From the NCBI GenBank assembly GCA_038315915.1, contig JBBQAC010000001.1, positions 1-58,619 of the forward strand: a stretch of 58,619 bases of DNA. The letters are read 5' to 3'. A program made the position numbers and the translations under genes. The stretch comes from Phormidesmidales cyanobacterium (GTDB lineage: Bacteria; Cyanobacteriota; Cyanobacteriia; Phormidesmidales; Phormidesmidaceae). Below the pieces are notes generated by a model. The model had not been told where the DNA came from. It saw only the letters and a list, made by a program, of their open reading frames with translations, and ran no database searches. Of this stretch, positions 52,860 through 58,619 are shown in pieces (position 1 is the stretch's first letter; each line of letters starts with the position of its first letter).

Positions 52860-53935
52860 GACGGTACGACAATCCCCTCATCAATTAACTGCTGGAACAT
52901 CTCAGTGATGGTTTCCTGCAACGGACGATAGGTTATGCCCAACTCACGAATACTCTTACGGTTATCGATTTTGACTGGATACCCAACATTACGAGCTATC
53001 ACCTTGCGCGATAGTGTCTTGTCAACCAGCGGGCCAATTAGCCAGATTAATCCCTTAGGGATAATCCGCTTCGGAAAGGGGAAATCACCGCCAAATTGAT
53101 CGCGAAGGAGCTGAGCAACTTCAGGAAAGCTGCTGTTCTTTGCAGAGATCAGGTAGCGTCCCTCCGCTTCCGGTATGAACGCAGCAGCCAGATGAGCGTC
53201 GGCCACCTCGCGAACATCCACTAAGCCCACTCCAAAGTTAGGGACGCCGCTCTTGAACGTGCCATCAGCGAGTTGCTTCATAAAGTTGAAGGATTCAGAC
53301 GTCGCGGAGGGACTGATTCCTGGCCCCATGATGAAGGCAGGATTAACCGTGACAAGCCGCCACTGATCCTGGGTTTGGGAAATTTTCCAAGCCTCCTTTT
53401 CCGCTTCGGTTTTTGAAAAGGAGTAGGGCTGGTGGGTTAACGAGGAGGTGGTGTTCCAGTCGTCTTCAGAGAGAAACGCCTTGTCGCTCGCTAAAAAATC
53501 GACATTATCTCCAAAGACAGCAACATAGCTGCTAGTGACCACAACACGCCTAACGGATGCCGTTCGCTTTGCCTGCTCAAGCACATTGCGAGTACCCAGC
53601 TTAGCCGGATCGACAAGGTCTCGTTGGGCATCTTTTACCCTCAGAGAGAACGGTGATGCAGTATGAAAAACAATTTCACAGTCCGCCATTGCCTCCGCAT
53701 ACGAACCCTCGGTGAGCAGATCAGCCGCAAAATAGGTGATGTTGCCGGGTAAGTCGGCTTGAAGGGCTTCTAAGTGAGCCAGTTTTTGCTTATTAGCAGG
53801 GTCGCGAACAGCAGCATGAACCTGGTGCCCGGCTTCGAGGAGGCGCTTGATTAGCCAACCGGCAACGTAGCCAGTTGCACCAGAAACCATCACTTGCTTG
53901 GGTGATATAAAGGTAGATCGGTTGGAGGTAAACAT
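52856..53935 (-). CDS. NAD-dependent epimerase/dehydratase (aldehyde reductase/dihydroflavonol reductase-like)
   Basis: SGATGYVA, FHTASP, YSFSK (YxxxK), VDVREVA. Confidence 0.9.
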   Translation of the reverse strand: MFTSNRSTFISPKQVMVSGATGYVAGWLIKRLLEAGHQVHAAVRDPANKQKLAHLEALQADLPGNITYFAADLLTEGSYAEAMADCEIVFHTASPFSLRVKDAQRDLVDPAKLGTRNVLEQAKRTASVRRVVVTSSYVAVFGDNVDFLASDKAFLSEDDWNTTSSLTHQPYSFSKTEAEKEAWKISQTQDQWRLVTVNPAFIMGPGISPSATSESFNFMKQLADGTFKSGVPNFGVGLVDVREVADAHLAAAFIPEAEGRYLISAKNSSFPEVAQLLRDQFGGDFPFPKRIIPKGLIWLIGPLVDKTLSRKVIARNVGYPVKIDNRKSIRELGITYRPLQETITEMFQQLIDEGIVVPS

Positions 53936-53999
53936 AATGGCGATAATGGCTGCTGTATTTTCATCTTTGTCTAAACATTTAATCTAAAGATGTGGAGCG

Positions 54000-54740
54000 T
54001 TAGCTCTTGATGTTCTTATTCATCTGCTGAAAAAGGAGTCCTGGGGCTAAGCGACTCATCAGCTTCAGCTGCGCCGACTGGCCGGGAGTGATTTCGTCAG
54101 TATTGTTTTTAAGCCCCTTAATCAGTGCTGTGACTAGCTTTTCAGGCGACATGCGAGAGAGCGACGGGTCTAGGTCAGTGGCCAGTTCCGTATCGACGAC
54201 CGGCGGCAACAGCTCCACCACCCGAACTGAAGTTCCCGCTAGTTGTGCCCGCAAGCTTTGGGTGTACGAGTGCAAAAAGGCTTTGCTAGCGCTGTAAACC
54301 GGGGCCGAGGCGTAGGGAACGTAGGCTAAGCCTGAGCTGACGTTGACAATCACCGACTCGCGTTTCAGCATCCCCACCAAAAAATGGTGAACTAGGCGCA
54401 CCGGGCCTGACACGTCGATGTCAATTTCTTGTAGCTGTTTCTCCAGCGGGAATTCCTTTGTGACATCAAACCAATGCATTATCCCGGCATTATTGACCAA
54501 CATATCTGTTCCGCCCGCTGAATCCATCGCGTTGCGCAGTGCGACAACAGCCGCCTCGTCAGTCACATCGCAGACCTGCGAGAAAATATTGGGATGTTGG
54601 GCTGCCGCCGCCGCTAGCTTAGCCTGATTGCGGCCAGTGATCACCACGTGAGCCCCTTCAGAGGCGAGCGATCGCGCCATCGCTAACCCAATTCCTGAAC
54701 CACCACCCGTAATCACAACGCGCTTTCCATTTAGATCCAT
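54000..54740 (-). CDS. Short-chain dehydrogenase/reductase (DltE-like)
   Basis: TGGGSGIG, NNAG, YSASK, VELLPPVVDT. Confidence 0.9.
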   Translation of the reverse strand: MDLNGKRVVITGGGSGIGLAMARSLASEGAHVVITGRNQAKLAAAAAQHPNIFSQVCDVTDEAAVVALRNAMDSAGGTDMLVNNAGIMHWFDVTKEFPLEKQLQEIDIDVSGPVRLVHHFLVGMLKRESVIVNVSSGLAYVPYASAPVYSASKAFLHSYTQSLRAQLAGTSVRVVELLPPVVDTELATDLDPSLSRMSPEKLVTALIKGLKNNTDEITPGQSAQLKLMSRLAPGLLFQQMNKNIKS

Positions 54741-54796
54741 ACAGTAGATGGCTCCTCAGCCAAGACTGGCTGACTTATTTGAACTGACTCAGTTAA

Positions 54797-54867
54797 CTTG
54801 CAAAACGCAAGGCATTTAGCTTGCAAAACAAGAGTAACCTCTTAGCTTGTAAAATGCAAGGTATAAT
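54797..54867. promoter_or_regulatory. Divergent promoter with three palindromic operator-like boxes
   Basis: CTTGC-AAAAC-GCAAG 54797-54811, CTTGC-AAAAC-AAGAG 54820-54834, CTTGT-AAAAT-GCAAG 54846-54860, then TATAAT 54862-54867. Confidence 0.6.
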
Positions 54868-54903
54868 TTTGAGGCTAATGAACTGTAGGGAACTTCCCCA
54901 TTC

Positions 54904-55320
54904 ATGCCATCTGGCAAAGACACACCGCGCTCCAATTGTCCGATTGCCTGCGCCCTAGATCTATTAGGAGACCGATGGACGCTAGTAGTGCTTCGCGATG
55001 TGCTGATAGGTCACCGCCGTGCGTTTTCAGAACTGGCCGCTGACGAAGGTATCGCGACGAACACGCTTACTGACCGGCTCGAACGCTTGATCGAAGCTGG
55101 CGTGCTTGAACGTAGGCGGGATCCTCGCGATGGCCGCAGTCGGAGATATGTTCCGACTGAGTGTGGTCTAGAGCTGATTCCGGTACTGGTTGATCTGATG
55201 GTCTGGGGGCAGAAGCATACGTCAGGCACAGTGCCTGACGAACTCTTTGTCCGTGCCTCTACTGATCGTGAAGCGTTACTGGCCGCACTGGTTGAACGTG
55301 CCCGCGATTTTGACGGTTAG
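54904..55320 (+). CDS. HxlR family winged-helix transcriptional regulator
   Basis: CPIACALDLLGDRWTLVVLRD...LTDRLERL...WG. Confidence 0.9.
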   Translation: MPSGKDTPRSNCPIACALDLLGDRWTLVVLRDVLIGHRRAFSELAADEGIATNTLTDRLERLIEAGVLERRRDPRDGRSRRYVPTECGLELIPVLVDLMVWGQKHTSGTVPDELFVRASTDREALLAALVERARDFDG

Positions 55321-55352
55321 GCACCTGTATAGTCATGGGCGACAACCAGGAA

Positions 55353-55396
55353 GTAATACCTAATTGAACGCTGATAGGAGTTCAATTAGGTATTAC
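55353..55396. repeat. Perfect 17-bp inverted repeat (hairpin; possible bidirectional terminator)
   Basis: GTAATACCTAATTGAAC-N10-GTTCAATTAGGTATTAC. Confidence 0.75.
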
Positions 55397-55475
55397 ATAT
55401 CGCGGACTACGCAGGAAAATGCTGAAGCGAGTCTATTAAGATCAGAACCTTTGTCACATGGTGTCGCAATTTCGA

Positions 55476-55913
55476 CTATGCGGTCTCGGTTTGGAGTAGC
55501 GGTGCGACCTGCCGATAGTAGGTAGACTGAGATCTTGCACCATTCTCAAGAGGGGTTGCAGGTTCGGCCAGGTCTGACCGGAGACGGTTGAAAGTGTGCG
55601 GCAGGGCGTACGCCTGGGCGGGCATCTCACGCTGCCATGCTGGGAAGATTGTTCGCACAAAGTCTATATATTCTAATTTGTGAACTTGCCGAATCAGCCC
55701 GAGTAAAGCGGGGTCGGGGTCTACCTGTGTCTGATACCCTGCTTGTTCGGACAGCGGGCAGGCAGGCATCGTGATCACCTCACCGAGCTGGCGCACTTCT
55801 TTGAGGATAGAGATCGCCCGATCCGGCTTTTCAAAACACTTAACCAAATTACCCCTGAAGAACTCCATCTCAGGGGCATATGCACAGTGAAGATTACTAT
55901 ATGTGGTCTTCAT
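55476..55913 (-). pseudogene. 3'-truncated second copy of the HDAC-family gene
   Basis: First 121 codons match 47155-48231 with 18 aa differences, then unrelated tail; catalytic motifs missing. Confidence 0.85.
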
Positions 55914-56145
55914 CGATTTTCTGTACGCGAATCGTCACGGCTGAGAGTTTCTTGCAAATCAGATATCACTGCTGAGTGATCGCAACAGTAGCACAGCCAA
56001 CTACAGCTATTGCGATCCACAAATTTCCACATGCTACTTAAGCACCAAGGTCTTCAACGAGATTTTTAGCCCTTCACTTCCTGCTCTTTACTTTCTACCC
56101 CTTGTGTCCTGTAGCTTGTGTCCTGTGGATAGCTAAACTATTCCA

Positions 56146-57645
56146 CTATTTCCCATACTTAGTGTAGAAGTAATTTTGAAAAGTTTCATCCGGGTCATAT
56201 TGGCGCTTCAGTTGGAAAAACTCAGTGGCTTGGGGATAGGCTCGCTGAAACTGCTCAGGCGTACTATGAAGACGATAAGGCAAATAATATCTACCTCCAA
56301 CCTCAAGCGCCGCCTCAACTAATTCTTGCGTTAGCGCTTGCATTTCTGCCTCATCAGAGACACTCCGTTGTTGATGAAACAGCATTACTAAACCAACCAT
56401 CTCTTGATCGGCATAGCGGAGAAAACTATCGCTGTCTAGCTCAACATTCCGAACTGTTACATTCAGCAAATCAAGCTTATATTTAGGAATAATTTCGCGG
56501 CACTTTTCGAGAAAGCGTTCTAACGATTCCGGTGGAATAAAGTACTCGTGCAAGATATCAGTTTCTGTCTGCCGATGGTTTTCGAACAGGGTAGAAGGGC
56601 GATTCATAATTTGGTTGCGAGATACCCTAGTACCTGCCTCTCCACCGCTCGACTTCTCCAACTGCCAACGTAGTTGCTTGCCGTAGTCACTATCGACGCT
56701 TCCCCGAAAAACGGTACGGGCAAGCCCAGCCTGTGAGGGATTTGTGAGCGAAACCTCGGGTTCGGCGGCGACTTTTTGATACGTCGTCAAGATAGCTTCT
56801 TTTAAAAAACTATCCGGCGCAATGGAGAGCCGCCCATAAACCATCCCCACGTCAGCAGACACTTGCTGCTGATAGGTCTCAACATAGTCCTCGCTAGGAA
56901 TGATCGTTCGCTGCGCTGAGTACAGTTCATTTGGAACAACTCTTAAATTTACGTCTAAGATGACGCCGAACAGCCCGTATCCACCTAAAACAAGCGAAAA
57001 GAGTTCTGTATTTTCTTGTCTGGAACATTGCACTACGGTGCCATCGGCCAGCATTAACCGGAAGCTTTCAACGGTACTGGCAAAGGGTGGGCTATCGTGC
57101 TGCCATCCGTGAGCATTGGCGCTCATGGTGCCGCCAACCGAAAAATCATTGTTCGACTGCATGACAGCAACAGAGTATCCCTGTTGATTTAAGTAGGGAA
57201 TCACATCTGACCATACAGCGCCAGACTGTACCGTTAGAATTTGAGTTGTAGCATTCAGCTGCATTTGTTTGAACTGGGTCATATCCAGTGAAATGCCGTC
57301 AGGATAAATCGTCTGTCCGCCCATCGTATGGCGAGAGCCTGCCATCGTTACTTTCTTACCTTGCGCTTTCGCATGCTTTAACACTGTTCTCAACTGTTCC
57401 TTCGCGGTAGGAAGCTCGCTTGAAACCTGCACGAGCTGCATGTGAGTGGGATTTAGGCGGCTGGCATCGTCAACAGTACCGGGCGGTAAGGGGAGAATTT
57501 CGTCGCGATCATGCAAGGCCGCTCGCACCAGATGAATAGCCGGTCGAGCCACTACCGCGAGGGATACCGTGAGCATTGCTAAAAGAATGAGAACAACAGT
57601 CTTGACTTGATTGCGGCTCGATAGGCTGTGAAGCTGATGCGGCAT
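56146..57645 (-). CDS. FAD-binding oxidoreductase (PCMH-type)
   Basis: AGSRHTMGGQ, SVGGTMSANAHG, GGYGLFGVI, YYLPY, KRQYDP..F.N. Confidence 0.88.
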   Translation of the reverse strand: MPHQLHSLSSRNQVKTVVLILLAMLTVSLAVVARPAIHLVRAALHDRDEILPLPPGTVDDASRLNPTHMQLVQVSSELPTAKEQLRTVLKHAKAQGKKVTMAGSRHTMGGQTIYPDGISLDMTQFKQMQLNATTQILTVQSGAVWSDVIPYLNQQGYSVAVMQSNNDFSVGGTMSANAHGWQHDSPPFASTVESFRLMLADGTVVQCSRQENTELFSLVLGGYGLFGVILDVNLRVVPNELYSAQRTIIPSEDYVETYQQQVSADVGMVYGRLSIAPDSFLKEAILTTYQKVAAEPEVSLTNPSQAGLARTVFRGSVDSDYGKQLRWQLEKSSGGEAGTRVSRNQIMNRPSTLFENHRQTETDILHEYFIPPESLERFLEKCREIIPKYKLDLLNVTVRNVELDSDSFLRYADQEMVGLVMLFHQQRSVSDEAEMQALTQELVEAALEVGGRYYLPYRLHSTPEQFQRAYPQATEFFQLKRQYDPDETFQNYFYTKYGK

Positions 57646-57901
57646 GGGTGTGGATCAGGCGTAATTTACTTTACTATCAGCAAGGTTGCTGAAAATTAGA
57701 TCGAAGCAGGTGGCGCTCTTTAGTTTGTCCATTGGAGCGATCGCAATAAAGCTAAAACAGTCGACAAAGCGGCACCCAAACGGCATGACACCAAGAATCG
57801 GGCGTTGCATAAGCAAGAGATGATTTTCTATAATTGACGTATTAGTGAAGCGATTCTCCACGGGAGAGGCTGCGCCAACGCTGAAGGAGCAGCCACCGCA
57901 A

Positions 57902-58240
57902 ATGAAATGTCCAGAATGTCAGTCAGAGCATATTCGCAAAAACGGTCACAGAGGTGACAAACAAAAACATATTTGTGTCGATTGTGGCCGTCAATTCGTC
58001 GAAAATCCTCGAACGGAACGCGGGTACAGCGACGAGGTCAAGAAACTTTGTCTCAAGATGTACGTCAACGGCAGCGGATTTCGGGCTATCGAACGGGTCA
58101 CTGGCGTGCACCACACCACCGTTATCAATTGGGTTAAACAAGTCGGTGAGCTGCTTCCAGATGCCTATGAACCAGAAGAAATTGCTCAAGTTGGCGAACT
58201 AGACGAACTCCAAACGTTTGTCGGCTCGAAAAAAAAATAA
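57902..58240 (+). CDS. insA: IS1 InsA (zinc finger + HTH)
   Basis: MKCPECQS..IRKNG...CVDCGRQF...GFRAIERVTGVHHTTVINW. Confidence 0.85.
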   Translation: MKCPECQSEHIRKNGHRGDKQKHICVDCGRQFVENPRTERGYSDEVKKLCLKMYVNGSGFRAIERVTGVHHTTVINWVKQVGELLPDAYEPEEIAQVGELDELQTFVGSKKK

Positions 58241-58607
58241 GGTGTGGATATGGACAGTGGTTGACCACTTCAAGCCCGGTATTCTGGGTTGGGTTGTGGG
58301 TGACCATAGCGCTCAAACGTTTGAGCCTCTCTGGTTGGCCGTGAGTTTTTGGCAGTGCTTCTTTTACGTCACTGATGGATATAAGGTCTATCCCCAGTAC
58401 ATTCCAGACGGAGATCAGATTGTCAGCAAGACCTACATGACTAGAGTAGAGGGAGAGAATACGCGCTTAAGGCACTACCTAGCCCGCTTACATCGCAAGA
58501 CGTTGTGCTATTCCAAGTCGGTGGAGATGCTCGAACATTCCATTCGACTGCTGATTCACTATCTCAAGTTCTGGGATGTCCCCATTCCCTACCGATCCAT
58601 CTTTTAA
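58218..58607 (+). CDS. insB: IS1 InsB catalytic part (expressed only through a frame change)
   Basis: KVWIWTVVD...VTDGYKVY...TRVEGENTRLRHYLARLHRKTLCYSKS. Confidence 0.85.
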   Translation: MSARKKNKVWIWTVVDHFKPGILGWVVGDHSAQTFEPLWLAVSFWQCFFYVTDGYKVYPQYIPDGDQIVSKTYMTRVEGENTRLRHYLARLHRKTLCYSKSVEMLEHSIRLLIHYLKFWDVPIPYRSIF

Positions 58608-58619
58608 TTCAGCAACGCC

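Larger units (their letters stand above)
1..58619. repeat. HIP1 octamer GCGATCGC dispersed through the window
   Basis: Many copies (e.g. 26181, 26223); none seen by eye in the RT-SLATT cassette. Confidence 0.85.
57801..58619 (+). mobile_element. IS1-family insertion sequence (819 bp)
   Basis: Imperfect terminal IRs GGCGTTGCATAAGCAAGAGATG (57801) and GGCGTTGCTGAATTAAAAGATG (reverse complement of the window end); InsA/InsB ORFs. Confidence 0.9.

Noticed and set aside
61-58316. Many short antisense or overlapping ORFs in the six-frame track
   Set aside because: Shadows of well-supported genes in GC-rich DNA with no recognisable motifs.

Overview
Cyanobacterial chromosome segment, with HIP1 GCGATCGC abundant. 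The ribosomal-protein supercluster is split in two: rplC..secY-adk-infA on + (11238-22320), and rpmJ-rpsM-rpsK-rpoA-rplQ-truA-rplM-rpsI-rpmE-prfA on - (521-6390) behind ndhN-ldpA-ycf45-psb27. After infA comes a small defence island (22.4-27.3 kb). Its core is an AT-rich cassette: a YIDD reverse transcriptase, a structured ~167-nt non-coding RNA with its own predicted promoter, and a SLATT-type membrane effector. This looks like a defence-associated RT system of the DRT10/UG17 kind. It sits between the N- and C-terminal remnants of an MmeI-like restriction-modification gene, next to hicBA. Housekeeping genes follow (hemA, glpX, menA/C/E, birA with a disrupted C-terminus, exbBDD, ispG, C-terminal protease). 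Next is a 7-kb HxlR-associated oxidoreductase/membrane-protein island bracketed by a full and a 3'-truncated HDAC-family gene, then a FAD oxidase. An IS1-family element ends the window. All calls are by eye from sequence and motifs; no searches or folding were run.
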